Shown in pieces: positions 10,946-21,102 of a stretch of 64,000 nt of DNA. Source of the DNA: Candidatus Eiseniibacteriota bacterium. GTDB taxonomy: Bacteria; Eisenbacteria; RBG-16-71-46. The notes below the pieces were generated by a model. The model made no database searches. It saw only the letters and a list, made by a program, of their open reading frames with translations, and was not told where the DNA came from. Position numbers and translations under genes: made by a program. The stretch spans positions 1,376,001 to 1,440,000 of the forward strand of contig OY970178.1 of assembly GCA_963707915.1 (NCBI GenBank). Direction: 5' to 3'. The first letter of the stretch is position 1. The number at the start of each line of letters is the position of its first letter.

Positions 10946-12250
10946 CTGGTCCCCCCGGACGCATCCGACGAACTCGCAGCCGCGCGGCTGCGCAAGGCCA
11001 TGCACTTCCTCGCCGAGCTCGGCGCGGTCGTGGCCTCGAGCACCCGGATGCAACCCATCCTCGACTGGATCGTGCTGAAGACCACCGGGATGCTCCAGGC
11101 CGACGAGGGCTGCCTGCGGCTCATCGTGGCCGACCCGACGACCTCCCAGACGATGATCCGTCCGAAGTCGCACCAGCTCGCCGCCGGCTCGTGGCCCCGC
11201 GCCGTGGCCATGTCGGTCACCGGCCACCTGCTGCAGCGCGAAGGGCACCTGGCCACGTCCGACCTGCTGGCCGACGAGCGCTTCCCGGGGCTGCGCGGCT
11301 GCGACACCAGCGTGCGCGCCCTGCTGGCCGTGCCCCTGCGGATCGAGAACCGCGTCACCGGCGTGCTGGCCGTTACCCAGGGGGTCCCCGGCCGGCGCTG
11401 GACGGAGGACGAGATCGAGCTGCTCTCGATCGTGGCCAACCATTCGGCGGCGGTCATCGAGCAGGCCCGGCTGCGGGTCGAGGCCGACGAGAAGCAGCGG
11501 CTCCAGGAGGAGGCGACGCGCCTCGAGCACGAGCTCGACCAGGCGCGGGACACGCAGATGCGGCTCGTCCCGGCGGAGCCGTTGCGGCTCGGCGCCTGGG
11601 AGGTCACGGGGCTCCTCACGCCCGCCCGGCAGGTGGGCGGGGACTCCTTCGACTACTTCGTCATCGGCGACCAGCGGCTCGGCTTCTCGATCGGCGACGT
11701 GTCCGGCAAGGGCCTGCCCGCCGCGCTCCTGATGATGACGGCGCAGGGCTACCTGCGGGTCACCTGCAGCAGCGACCGGCCGCTGCCCGAGAAGATGCGC
11801 CAGCTCAACCAGGGCGTGGTCCGCTCGGCCCAGCCCGGGAAGTTCATCACGCTCTTCTACGGCGAGCTGGACCCGGCCGAGGGGCGGCTCCGCTACGTCA
11901 ATGCCGGGCACAACTACCCGCTCCTGCGCCGCGCCGACGGCTGCCTCGAGCCGCTCATCGAGGGCGGCCTCGTGCTGGGCTTCGGCGCGGACGTCGAATT
12001 CGCGCAGGGCGAGGTCACCCTCGCGGCCGGCGACGCGCTGCTGCTCACCAGCGACGGCGTGTCGGAGGCCATGGACCTTCGCGGCGGGGAGTACGGGGAG
12101 GAGCGCCTGCAGGAGGCCTGGCGGCGGCACGGGGCGCGGCCGCCCGCCGAGTTCATCGCGACGCTGATGGCCGACATCGAGTCCTTCCGCGACGGGGCGC
12201 CGCAGAGCGACGACATCACCGTCGTGGTGCTGGCGGCCGCGCGAGCGTGA
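10946..12250 (+). CDS. GAF domain + PP2C (SpoIIE/RsbU-type) phosphatase; start uncertain
   Basis: GAF region, then VGGDSFD, GDVSGKG, NAGH, SDG, DDITVVV. An in-frame CTG at 10946 follows GGAGGAGG; ATG at 11000 is the alternative. Confidence 0.88.
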   Translation: MVPPDASDELAAARLRKAMHFLAELGAVVASSTRMQPILDWIVLKTTGMLQADEGCLRLIVADPTTSQTMIRPKSHQLAAGSWPRAVAMSVTGHLLQREGHLATSDLLADERFPGLRGCDTSVRALLAVPLRIENRVTGVLAVTQGVPGRRWTEDEIELLSIVANHSAAVIEQARLRVEADEKQRLQEEATRLEHELDQARDTQMRLVPAEPLRLGAWEVTGLLTPARQVGGDSFDYFVIGDQRLGFSIGDVSGKGLPAALLMMTAQGYLRVTCSSDRPLPEKMRQLNQGVVRSAQPGKFITLFYGELDPAEGRLRYVNAGHNYPLLRRADGCLEPLIEGGLVLGFGADVEFAQGEVTLAAGDALLLTSDGVSEAMDLRGGEYGEERLQEAWRRHGARPPAEFIATLMADIESFRDGAPQSDDITVVVLAAARA

Positions 12251-12269
12251 AGCCCGGGCGGGTCTCCGC

Positions 12270-13085
12270 GTGAAGCGGGTGCTGGCGCTGCTGGCGCTGC
12301 TGCTGCTCGCCGCCGGCGCGCTCCTCGTCGGCCTCTCGGCCACGCGCGCCGGGCTCTACGACGTGGCGGGCCTCGCGCGCGCGGTCCCCCGCCGCACCGC
12401 GCTGATGCTCGAGCGCGAGGAGCAGGCGGCGCGCCGGGGCCGGCCCTGGCGCATGCGCCAGGTGTGGGTACCCTACGACCACGTCTCCCCGCTGCTGCGG
12501 CGCGCCGTGCTCACCGCCGAGGACGACGCCTTCTACCAGCACGGCGGACTGGACTGGAGCGAACTGCGCGCGGCGGCGCGGCGCGACCTCGAGGAGCGGC
12601 GCGTCGTGCGCGGCGGCAGCACCATCACCCAGCAGCTCGCCAAGAACGTCTTCCTCGGGGACGATCGCACCGTCACGCGCAAGCTCACCGAGGTGTTCCT
12701 GGCGTTGCGCATGGAGCGGGCGCTCTCCAAGCGCCGCATCTTCGAGCTCTACCTCAACCTGATCGAGTGGGGCGACGGGACCTTCGGGGCCGAGGCCGCG
12801 GCGCGCCGCTACTTCGGCGTCTCCGCCGCGGACCTCTCGCCGCGGCAGGCGCTGCTGCTGGCGGCGGTCATCATCAACCCGCACCGCTACCCGGTGCTCG
12901 ATCCGCCGCGCCGCATCGAGCGCCGCGTGCGCATGATCGCCTCGCGCATGCGGCGCCGGGGCGCGCTCGACCCGGCCCAGTACGACCAGGTCCTCGGCCT
13001 GCCCCCTGCCGCCCCTCGGCCGGATTCCACCGCGGCTCCGGGCGGGGCACCGGACCCGCCGTTCAGCCCCCCAGCGACTCCTTGA
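12270..13085 (+). CDS. mtgA: Monofunctional peptidoglycan transglycosylase
   Basis: [37 protein letters not shown]. Confidence 0.9.
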   Translation: MKRVLALLALLLLAAGALLVGLSATRAGLYDVAGLARAVPRRTALMLEREEQAARRGRPWRMRQVWVPYDHVSPLLRRAVLTAEDDAFYQHGGLDWSELRAAARRDLEERRVVRGGSTITQQLAKNVFLGDDRTVTRKLTEVFLALRMERALSKRRIFELYLNLIEWGDGTFGAEAAARRYFGVSAADLSPRQALLLAAVIINPHRYPVLDPPRRIERRVRMIASRMRRRGALDPAQYDQVLGLPPAAPRPDSTAAPGGAPDPPFSPPATP

Positions 13086-13524
13086 CCAGCCGCGAGACCA
13101 GCGTGCCGTCGGCCCGGCCCTTCACCTGCGCCATGACCACGCCCATCACCTTGCCCAGGTCCCTCGGGCCGGCCGCGCCGGTCTTCGCCACCGCCGCCAA
13201 CACCAGCGTGCGCACCTCGTCCTCGGAGAGCATCTGCGGCAGGTAGCGCCCGGTGACCACGATCTCCCGTTCCTCGCTGGCGACCAGGTCCTCGCGCCCG
13301 ATCCGCTTCAGCTCCTCGATGGTCTCGCGGCGCTTCTTGGCGTAGCGCTGGAGCACCTCGATCTCCTCGTCGCGAGAGAACGCCGCGTCCTTCGGCTTCT
13401 TGGTCCGGGCCTCCATCAGCGCCGCCTTCAGCATGCGCAGGGTGCTCAGGGTGTCCGCGTCCCGCGCCTTCATCGCGACCGTCATGTCCTGCTGGATCCG
13501 TTCGGAAATCGATTCGTCGGTCAT
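13063..13524 (-). CDS. yqeY: GatB/YqeY domain protein
   Basis: AMKARD, YLPQMLSEDE, DLGKVMG, GRADG. Confidence 0.92.
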   Translation of the reverse strand: MTDESISERIQQDMTVAMKARDADTLSTLRMLKAALMEARTKKPKDAAFSRDEEIEVLQRYAKKRRETIEELKRIGREDLVASEEREIVVTGRYLPQMLSEDEVRTLVLAAVAKTGAAGPRDLGKVMGVVMAQVKGRADGTLVSRLVKESLGG

Positions 13525-14624
13525 ACGCTCTCCTCCCTGGGCCCGCGCGCCTCGGCGAAGGCCCGGACTGCATCCTGGAACGTGTCGAGCGCGGCGGCGC
13601 AGCGGGCGGCCTCCCCGCCCAGCGCGATGCGCACGCCGCGCGGCTCTCCGAAGAAGCGTCCCGGCACCACCAGCAATCCGAAGCGCTCGGCGGCGAACAG
13701 TGCGAACGCGTCGCCGCCGGCGTGCCCCGGGAAATGGACGAAGGTCGTGGTGCCCTGCGAGGGCACGCCCGCGTCGCAGGGCAGCCCGTCCGCGACGAGG
13801 CGGCGCCAGGACGCGTGGTTCGTCGAGAGGATCGCCCGCGCGCGGGCGCGCAGCGCGTCGAGGTGCGGCGCCAGGGCGAGCGCGAGCGCCAGCGACGGCC
13901 CGGCGGGCTCGACCGACAGGGCGTTCTGCGCCTCCGCGCAGCGCGCCAGCGCCTCGGCGCTCCCCGCGACCCAGCCCACGCGCAGGCTGCCGAGCCCGTA
14001 GGACTTGGTGAGCGTGGAGGTCGCGACCCAGCGGTCCGAGAACTCGCTCGTCGTCCCCACCGGCCGCTCCCCCGCGTCGCGGAAGGTCTCGTCGCAGACC
14101 AGCCACAGGCCGCGGCGCTCCGCGAGCGCGGTGAGGGCCGCCCCATCCGCGGGCTCCAGCGCCACGCCGCCCGGGTTGTGCAGGTCGGTGAACAGCACCA
14201 GGCGGGTCGCGGGCGTGAGCGCGGCCTCGACCGCCTCGCCCAGCCGGCCGTAGCCGTGCTCGCGCCGGCGCGCGAAGGTGCGCACCCGCGCGCCGAAGAA
14301 GGGCGGCACCGCGCGGTGCGGCTCGTAGCCCGGGGACTCGACCAGGGCCTCCTCGCCCGGCTCGAGCAGCCCGGCGAGCACGCAGGCGTTGGCCTCGCTC
14401 GCCCCCGACGTGACCAGCACGCGCCCGCCCGGGGCGCCGAGCCGGGCGCCCAGCGCCCGTTCGAGCTCGGGCAGCACGTCCTCGGGGTGCGGCGTGCCCG
14501 CCCGGCAGGGCAGGCCGAGCGCCTCGAGGTCGGGCGTGGCCACGGCGCTGTCGGCGAGGCTCAGCGGCCAGCGGCCGTGCTGGGCCTTGCTCCAGGCGAG
14601 GTGTTCGAGGCGCGGCCGGCTCAT
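13521..14624 (-). CDS. PLP-dependent aminotransferase class I/II
   Basis: LHNPGG, CDETF, STLTKSYGLGSLRVGW (PLP lysine). Confidence 0.88.
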   Translation of the reverse strand: MSRPRLEHLAWSKAQHGRWPLSLADSAVATPDLEALGLPCRAGTPHPEDVLPELERALGARLGAPGGRVLVTSGASEANACVLAGLLEPGEEALVESPGYEPHRAVPPFFGARVRTFARRREHGYGRLGEAVEAALTPATRLVLFTDLHNPGGVALEPADGAALTALAERRGLWLVCDETFRDAGERPVGTTSEFSDRWVATSTLTKSYGLGSLRVGWVAGSAEALARCAEAQNALSVEPAGPSLALALALAPHLDALRARARAILSTNHASWRRLVADGLPCDAGVPSQGTTTFVHFPGHAGGDAFALFAAERFGLLVVPGRFFGEPRGVRIALGGEAARCAAALDTFQDAVRAFAEARGPREESV

Positions 14625-14628
14625 CGGC

Positions 14629-15645
14629 TCAGTAGCTGTGCTCGTCCAGCTTCACGGGCCCCTTGAACCGGCGGTAGATGAAGATCGTGTAGCCGACCAC
14701 CAGCGGCATCCCGGCCAGGGCGATGACCAGCATGACCTTCAGGGTCAGCGGCGTGGAGCACGCGTTCGTCACGGTGAGCGACTCCCCGCCGCCCAACGCC
14801 GGCACCAGGTCGGGGTAGAGCCCCTGTCCCACCAGCGCGAGCAGCATGGCGATCGCCACCGAGAAGTGCACGAAGGCCAGCCCCGGCCGCTTCCCGCCGA
14901 CCAGCACCCGGAACCCCGCCGCGGCGATCACGAAGAGGACCGGCGCGACCCACGCCAGCGGGTGCGAGGTGACCTGCCACAGGCGCGGGATCGCGACGCG
15001 CGAGTAGATCGTGGCGGCCAGCCACAGCACCGCGAAGGCGAGCCACGATGCCCTGGCCCAGGCCCGCGCGCGCTCGCGCACCGGGCCCTCGGTCTTGAGG
15101 CCGAGCCAGGCCGCGCCCTGGGTGAGGAACATCGCGACCGAGAGCAGTCCGACGAGCAGCGCGAAGGGATGGAGCAGGCCGAGGAACGTCCCCGCGAACT
15201 CCTGTTCGGGATCGAGCGGCAGGCCGCGCAGGATGTTCCCGATCGCCACGCCGAAGAGCAGCGAGGGCAGGAACGACGAGACGGCGAAGACCGTGTCCCA
15301 GGCGCCGCGCCAGCGCGGGTCCGCCAGCTTGCTGCGGAACTCCAGGCACACGGCGCGCAGGATGAGCGCGGCCAGCACCAGCATCAGCGGCAGGTAGAGG
15401 CCCGAGAACACCGTGGCGTAGACCTTCGGGAAGGCGGCGAAGAGCGCGCCGCCGCCGGTCAGCAGCCAGACCTCGTTGCCGTCCCACACCGGCCCCACCG
15501 AGTTGATGACCTGGCGCCGCTCGGCGTCGCTCCGGGCCACGAAGCGGTGGAGCATTCCCACGCCCAGGTCGAAGCCGTCGAGGATGGCGTAGCCCGCCAG
15601 CAGCAGGCCGACCAGCAGGAACCAGGCGGTCTCAAGCGGCAGCAT
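14629..15645 (-). CDS. cydB: Cytochrome bd oxidase subunit II
   Basis: [25 protein letters not shown]. Confidence 0.97.
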   Translation of the reverse strand: MLPLETAWFLLVGLLLAGYAILDGFDLGVGMLHRFVARSDAERRQVINSVGPVWDGNEVWLLTGGGALFAAFPKVYATVFSGLYLPLMLVLAALILRAVCLEFRSKLADPRWRGAWDTVFAVSSFLPSLLFGVAIGNILRGLPLDPEQEFAGTFLGLLHPFALLVGLLSVAMFLTQGAAWLGLKTEGPVRERARAWARASWLAFAVLWLAATIYSRVAIPRLWQVTSHPLAWVAPVLFVIAAAGFRVLVGGKRPGLAFVHFSVAIAMLLALVGQGLYPDLVPALGGGESLTVTNACSTPLTLKVMLVIALAGMPLVVGYTIFIYRRFKGPVKLDEHSY

Positions 15646-16979
15646 GGCGCACCTCCCCTTCGCTCCCGGCCGGCTGCGGCCCGTGGACGATCTCCCGGCG
15701 CAGCAGGAACAGCCACAGCCCCCCGAGCACGGCGTAGATGACGCCGAACAGCACGATCGAGAACAGGATCTGCGGCGCGCCGACCACCTTCGACACCGCG
15801 TCCCGGGTGCGCATCAGCCCGTAGACGATCCACGGCTGCCGGCCCACCTCGGCCCCCAGCCACCCCAGCTGGATGGCGATCATCGGCAGCGGGATGGACC
15901 AGAGCACGAGGTGCTGCCACCAGCGCGCGCGCTCCAGCCGTCCGAGCAGCAGGAGCGCCAGCCCGACGAGCGCGATCAGCAGCATCAGGTTCCCGAGGAT
16001 GACCATGTTGTGGAACGCGAGGAACGTGACCGCGACCGGCGGCCAGTCCGCCTGCGGGAACTCCTCCAGCCCCTTGACCGGCGCCTCGAAGTTGCCGAAG
16101 GCCAGGAACGAGGTGAGATTCGTGATGATCAGCTCGGGCCCCGGCCGGCGGGCCGACTGCGTGGGCGGCAGGCAGAAGAGGATGAGCGGCGCCCCGCGCT
16201 GCGTGGAGAAGAGCCCCTCCATGGCCGCGAACTTGGCCTCCTGCGTGTGCGCCACCTGCTTCGCGTGCCGGTCGCCCGTCCCGAAGTTGAGCGCGCAGGC
16301 GATGACCGCCATCACCGTGCCGAGCTTCAGCGACACACGCGCCACGTCGCCGCCGCGGCCCCGGAGGAAGTACCACGCGGCGATGCCGGCCATGAAGAAG
16401 GCCCCCATGGTCCAGGCCGCCGCGACCGTGTGCAGGAAGCGCGGCAGCGTCGAGGGATTGAAGACCGCGGCCGCGAAGTCGGTCAGCTCGGCGCGCCCGT
16501 TCGCCAGGCGGAACCCGGCCGGCGTCTGCATCCACGAGTTGGCGACGATGATCCAGAAGGCCGAGAGCATGGTCCCGAGCGCCACCATCAGCGAGGCGAA
16601 CCAGCGGGTGAAGGAAGAGATGCGCTTGCGCCCGAGGATCAGCAGCCCGAGGAAGCCCGACTCGAGGAAGAAGGCGAAGACGCCCTCGGCCGCCAGCGGG
16701 GCGCCGAAGATGTCGCCCACGAAGCGCGAGTAGCTCGCCCAGTTCGTGCCGAACTCGAACTCCATGACGATGCCGGTGGCGACGCCGACCACGAAGGTCA
16801 GGGTGAAGAGGCCGAGCCAGAAGTCCGACGCCCGCCGGTAGACGTCCTTCGCCGGTGCGCCAGCGGGCGGTCTCCAGCAGGAAGACCAGGAAGGCCAGCC
16901 CGATGGTGATGGGCGGGAAGAGGAAGTGGAACATGATGGTCAGCGAGAATTGCAGCCGCGCCAGCCAGACTACGTCCAT
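15632..16979 (-). CDS. cydA: Cytochrome bd oxidase subunit I (one +1 frameshift near 16848, probable artefact)
   Basis: [15 protein letters not shown] in one frame; [31 protein letters not shown] and EVGRQPW in the next. Confidence 0.95.
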
Positions 16980-17133
16980 GCGACCTCCATGCGATCAGGA
17001 TCGAGCCAATGGGAGCGGCCCGGGATGGCCCCGTGGAACGGCCGCGATTCGGATGCGGCACGGCGCGGATGGATGCGGGACCAGCGGGTCCGGCCGACCC
17101 GAGCCGGCCCCCGTTCGGCCGGCGTGAGCCGCC

Positions 17134-17475
17134 TCACCCGCCGCGGAGCGCGTCGATCTTGGCCGCGAGGATGAAGTCGTTCTCGTGCAGGCCCCCGATC
17201 TTGTGCGTCCAGGTCTCGACCGCCACCCTGCCCCAGGCGACGTGGAGGTCGGGGTGGTGCTGCTCGCGTTCCGCCACCTCCCCCACACGGACCGCGAAAG
17301 CCATCGCGGTGCGGAAGTCGGGGAAATCGAACTCGCGCCGCAGCCTCAGGACGCCGTCGACCTCCGCGACCCTCCAGCCCGGTACCTGCGGCAGGAGCCG
17401 GACCGTCTCCTCGGCCGTGAGCGTCGGAGCGCCCTCGCGGCAGGGGACGCAGCTGCGTTCCTTCAGGTCGCTCAT
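17134..17475 (-). CDS. phhB: Pterin-4-alpha-carbinolamine dehydratase (PhhB family)
   Basis: CVPCREG, AEREQHHPD, WTHKIGGLHENDFILAAKID. Confidence 0.93.
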   Translation of the reverse strand: MSDLKERSCVPCREGAPTLTAEETVRLLPQVPGWRVAEVDGVLRLRREFDFPDFRTAMAFAVRVGEVAEREQHHPDLHVAWGRVAVETWTHKIGGLHENDFILAAKIDALRGG

Positions 17476-18812
17476 CTTCGTGCCTCCTCGCGGACGGGCG
17501 TGAGAGCGCGGCCGGACCCGGCACGGGCTCCGGCGGGGGCGGGCACCTCGAGCAAGCGACGGTTCCACGCCCACAGGAGCGCGGTCGTCGCGAGCAGGAT
17601 CGCGCCGTTCGCCTGGTGCAGGGTGGTCACGAGCACGCGGAGCAAGGCCGACGACTCGGCGTTCCCCGCCTGGGAAAGGACCAGGAGGGCCCCGATCCCG
17701 AGCGCGATCTGGAGGCCGAGGAAGACCAGGAGCGCACGGCCCAACCGTTCCAGGATCGGCTGGCCGCGGACGAACCAGCTCGCCCGGGCTCCGACCGCCA
17801 CCGCCACGACGGCGACGAAGGCCGCCAGGGTGACGTGGACGAGCAGTCCGCGCGAGACGTGCCGCAGGATCGCTCCCAGCACCAGCTGCGCCACGAGCAG
17901 CCCGAGGAGGAACAGGGACAGGGCGCGATCGGTGGAAGCTCCGGAAGTCCGAGTCGCGGGCCGGTCCGAGGTCCACGTGGGCGAGGCGAACGCGCTCAGG
18001 GCCGCGAGGCTGGCCAGGAAGATCTGTCCGGTCACGCCATGGACGATGGCGAGGACGATGCTCGGCCGGGTCTCGAGCGGGGACGTGCTCGTGGTCCAGC
18101 GGCCGGTGACGCGCAATCCTCCCAGGATCCCCTGGACGATCACCAGGGCAAGAGTCGCCAGGGCGAAGCCGCGAACCCAGCGGCGGGTCTCGACCCGCTG
18201 GATGTAGATGACGAGCACCAGCGTGGTCAGGCCCACCAGGGAGCCGAAGAGCCGGTGGGCGTGCTCGTAGTAGATCCCGCCCGTCATCTTGCTCAGGGGA
18301 TAGAGGAACATCCCGTAGCCGAAGGTGTTCGGCCAATCGACCACGGCCAGTCCGGCGCCGGTGCTGGTCACCACCCCCCCGGCGATGAGGAGCAGCAGCG
18401 TGGCCGAGGCGGCGACGATGCAGAATCGCGCGGTCCAGGTCGAGGCCGGGGCCACCGGGGACGCGACGCGGCCTGCCAGGATGGCGCCCAGGGCCCCCAG
18501 GGCCGCACTGGCGAGGATGGACCCGGGGATCCACCAGAGCGCGCCGGGAGCGACGGAGTTGGCGCGGGCTCCTCCCAGCAGGCTCCCCAGGATGAGCAGG
18601 TTGACCGCGGAAGACAGGAGCCCGACCCGCAGGCCGGCCCTCCAGCCCTGTCCCGTGGTCCGGCCCGCGGCGTATCCTCCGGCCACGAGGCAGAGGAGCA
18701 GGAGCGTGAGCAGGAGCCAGTCCGGAACGAGCGCGGGAGGCAGACGACAGAGGTAACCCACCCACCACATCAGCACCGACGTTCCGAATCCGAGAGTCAG
18801 CATATCGGCCAT
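17472..18812 (-). CDS. ctaA: Heme A synthase (COX15/CtaA) with N-terminal membrane extension
   Basis: GAGLAVVDWP, YYEHAHRL, QGILGGLRV, HG..GQ, HQANG. Confidence 0.85.
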   Translation of the reverse strand: MADMLTLGFGTSVLMWWVGYLCRLPPALVPDWLLLTLLLLCLVAGGYAAGRTTGQGWRAGLRVGLLSSAVNLLILGSLLGGARANSVAPGALWWIPGSILASAALGALGAILAGRVASPVAPASTWTARFCIVAASATLLLLIAGGVVTSTGAGLAVVDWPNTFGYGMFLYPLSKMTGGIYYEHAHRLFGSLVGLTTLVLVIYIQRVETRRWVRGFALATLALVIVQGILGGLRVTGRWTTSTSPLETRPSIVLAIVHGVTGQIFLASLAALSAFASPTWTSDRPATRTSGASTDRALSLFLLGLLVAQLVLGAILRHVSRGLLVHVTLAAFVAVVAVAVGARASWFVRGQPILERLGRALLVFLGLQIALGIGALLVLSQAGNAESSALLRVLVTTLHQANGAILLATTALLWAWNRRLLEVPAPAGARAGSGRALTPVREEARR

Positions 18813-18840
18813 GGTCCCTGGCTCCTTCCCGGGTTCTGCG

Positions 18841-18860
18841 GCGGCATGATAGCATGCCGC
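18841..18860. promoter_or_regulatory. Palindromic candidate operator between divergent ctaA and ctaB
   Basis: GCGGCATG-ATAG-CATGCCGC overlapping the minus-strand TGCTATCAT extended -10. Confidence 0.35.
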
Positions 18861-18913
18861 GCAGTGTGCCGATCCGGGGAATCCACGTACCCCGACGGAG
18901 GGAACTGTTCCGC

Positions 18914-19906
18914 ATGCCAGACCGTCCCCCAGCGCCCCCGCGCCGCGGCGCCTTCCACCACCCGATGCCCCGATACCTGGAGCTCTTCAAGGCGCGGCTG
19001 ACGGCGCTGGTCCTGCTCTCCTGCGCGGCCGGCTTCCTCAGCGGCAACGGAACCCCGTGGGAGGCGACACGCTTCTTCTGGACCCTGCTGGGCACCGGCC
19101 TGGCTGCGGCCGGCGCCAACGCCCTCAACCAGTGGCTCGAGATCGGCCCGGACGCACGGATGGAACGCACCCGCGATCGGCCCCTGCCCGCGGGCCGGAT
19201 GAGCCCGAGGCACGCGCTGCTGGTGGCCCTCCTGGCCGCCGTGACGGGTGTGGGCGCTCTCGCGCTCCGGGTCAACGTCCTCACCGCCGCGCTCGCCGCG
19301 TTCGTCGTCGTGCTCTACGTCTTCGTCTACACCCCCCTGAAGAAGCGCACCCCGTTGTGCACCCTGGTCGGAGCCGTCTGCGGCGCGATCCCGCCGATGA
19401 TGGGATGGACGGGGGCCACCGGATCCCTCGGCTATGGCGGATGGGTGCTCGGTGTCACGCTCTTCCTCTGGCAGATCCCGCACTTCCTGTCCCTGGCGTG
19501 GCTCTACCGCGGGGACTATGCACGGGGAGGCTTCCGCATGTTGCCGTCGGTGGATCCGTCGGGACGGATGACCGGTACGCTGGCGGTGTTGTACAGCCTC
19601 GCCCTCCTGCCCCTGGGGCTGGCCGGCCTGTTCACGGGGATGGCGGGCTGGGTCTTCCTGGTGGGATCCCTCGGCCTGGGAACGGGACTGTTCCTGCTGA
19701 GCCTGCGGCTCCAGCGGGAGCACAGCGATCTGCGCGCCCGCCAGCTCTTCCTGGGCAGCATCGTCTATCTTCCCTTGATCCTGGTCCTGCTCGTGGCCGA
19801 TCGCGGGCCGGCTCGCGGACTGGAGCGGATGTCCGTGGCGGGCTTCGGTCCCGTTCACCTGGAGGCGCCGCAACCACAGCCGGGGCCCGAGCCGGCCGGG
19901 CCGTAG
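18914..19906 (+). CDS. ctaB: Protoheme IX farnesyltransferase (heme O synthase)
   Basis: DARMERTRDRPLP, YTPLKKRT, GAIPP, WQIPHF, DYARGG. Confidence 0.95.
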   Translation: MPDRPPAPPRRGAFHHPMPRYLELFKARLTALVLLSCAAGFLSGNGTPWEATRFFWTLLGTGLAAAGANALNQWLEIGPDARMERTRDRPLPAGRMSPRHALLVALLAAVTGVGALALRVNVLTAALAAFVVVLYVFVYTPLKKRTPLCTLVGAVCGAIPPMMGWTGATGSLGYGGWVLGVTLFLWQIPHFLSLAWLYRGDYARGGFRMLPSVDPSGRMTGTLAVLYSLALLPLGLAGLFTGMAGWVFLVGSLGLGTGLFLLSLRLQREHSDLRARQLFLGSIVYLPLILVLLVADRGPARGLERMSVAGFGPVHLEAPQPQPGPEPAGP

Positions 19907-19944
19907 CTGCCCGGCCGTAGCCTTCTCGTCGCGGGAGGAGCGCC

Positions 19945-21045
19945 ATGGAAACGCCGATGGCCCAGGGTCCGCCCCGGCTCCCCCGAGGCTCCTTGCGCCA
20001 CGGGGGCTGGGTCCTGGCCCTGGCCCTCGTGCTGGTCACGGCGGCCACTCTGTGGCGTGTCTTCGACATGCTCTCCAGCCGGGGGTCGCGGGCGGTCGGG
20101 GACGGGCACGATCCTGCTTCCTACGGCTTCGACCTGGGCACCTGCCTCGTGCCCCGCGATCTCATCGTGGGAGGAGGCGTGCCCCGGGACGGCATCCCGG
20201 TCCTGGACCTCCCCCCGCTCTGGACGGTGGCGCAGGTGGAGTCACTGGCCGGAGTCCGTGGCGCGAAGTACCTCGTCCCGGGGGATCGCGTGATCGGGGT
20301 GGTTCGAAACGGCCAGGCGCGCGCCTACCCTACGCTCATCCTCGACTGGCACGAGGTCGTGAATGACACGCTCGGCGGCTGCCCGATCCTCGTCACCTAC
20401 AGTCCGCTCTGCGATGCGGTCGCCGTCTTCGACCGCCGGGTGCCTCCCGGCTCCGAGGCCCTCCGGTTCGGGCACAGCGGGCTCCTCTTCGACTCGGATC
20501 TCGTGCTCTACGACCGGCGCCCCGGGCACCGGGGAGAGAGCCTCTGGAGCCAGCTGCAGGCGCGGGCCATCACGGGACCGGCGGCCGACTCGGGCCGGGA
20601 GCTCACCCTGCTCCCCTGCTCGTTCGTGCGCTGGGCGGACTGGCGCGCGCGCCATCCGGCCACGACCATCCTGGCCCGGGATCCGGCGAGGACGGAGGAG
20701 TATGCGCGCTCCCCCTACAGCAGCTATCGCGGCTCGGACATCCTCCGCTTCCCGGCCCGTCCCCTGCCCGCTTCGGGGGCGCGACCCCTCAAGACCCCGT
20801 GTGCCGTCGTCTTCGTCGCGAACCGGCCCGTGGTCTACCCGCTCCCGCTCGTCGCCTCACGAGCGGACCGCCAGGGCGTCTGGCGGACCACCCAGCAGGG
20901 CCGACCGCTGATCTTCACCTACCGGGACCGGCCTCCCACTCTCTTCGTGGACGCGGAAGGGGACGCTGGGCCACCGGCGGTCCTGTACAGCTCCTGGTTC
21001 GCCTGGTTCGCGACGCACGCCGGGAGGGTCGTGGAAGGACGCTGA
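19945..21045 (+). CDS. DUF3179 family protein
   Basis: GGVPRDGIP, ARAYP..L.WHEVVND, TYSPLC, FG.SGLL..S.LV.YDR, SLWSQ, C-terminal WFAWFATH. Confidence 0.8.
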   Translation: METPMAQGPPRLPRGSLRHGGWVLALALVLVTAATLWRVFDMLSSRGSRAVGDGHDPASYGFDLGTCLVPRDLIVGGGVPRDGIPVLDLPPLWTVAQVESLAGVRGAKYLVPGDRVIGVVRNGQARAYPTLILDWHEVVNDTLGGCPILVTYSPLCDAVAVFDRRVPPGSEALRFGHSGLLFDSDLVLYDRRPGHRGESLWSQLQARAITGPAADSGRELTLLPCSFVRWADWRARHPATTILARDPARTEEYARSPYSSYRGSDILRFPARPLPASGARPLKTPCAVVFVANRPVVYPLPLVASRADRQGVWRTTQQGRPLIFTYRDRPPTLFVDAEGDAGPPAVLYSSWFAWFATHAGRVVEGR

Positions 21046-21102
21046 GGCAGGGATCCGCACGCGGCACGACTTCCCCGCCTGGGCTTCCGGCCCTCCAGCG
21101 GC

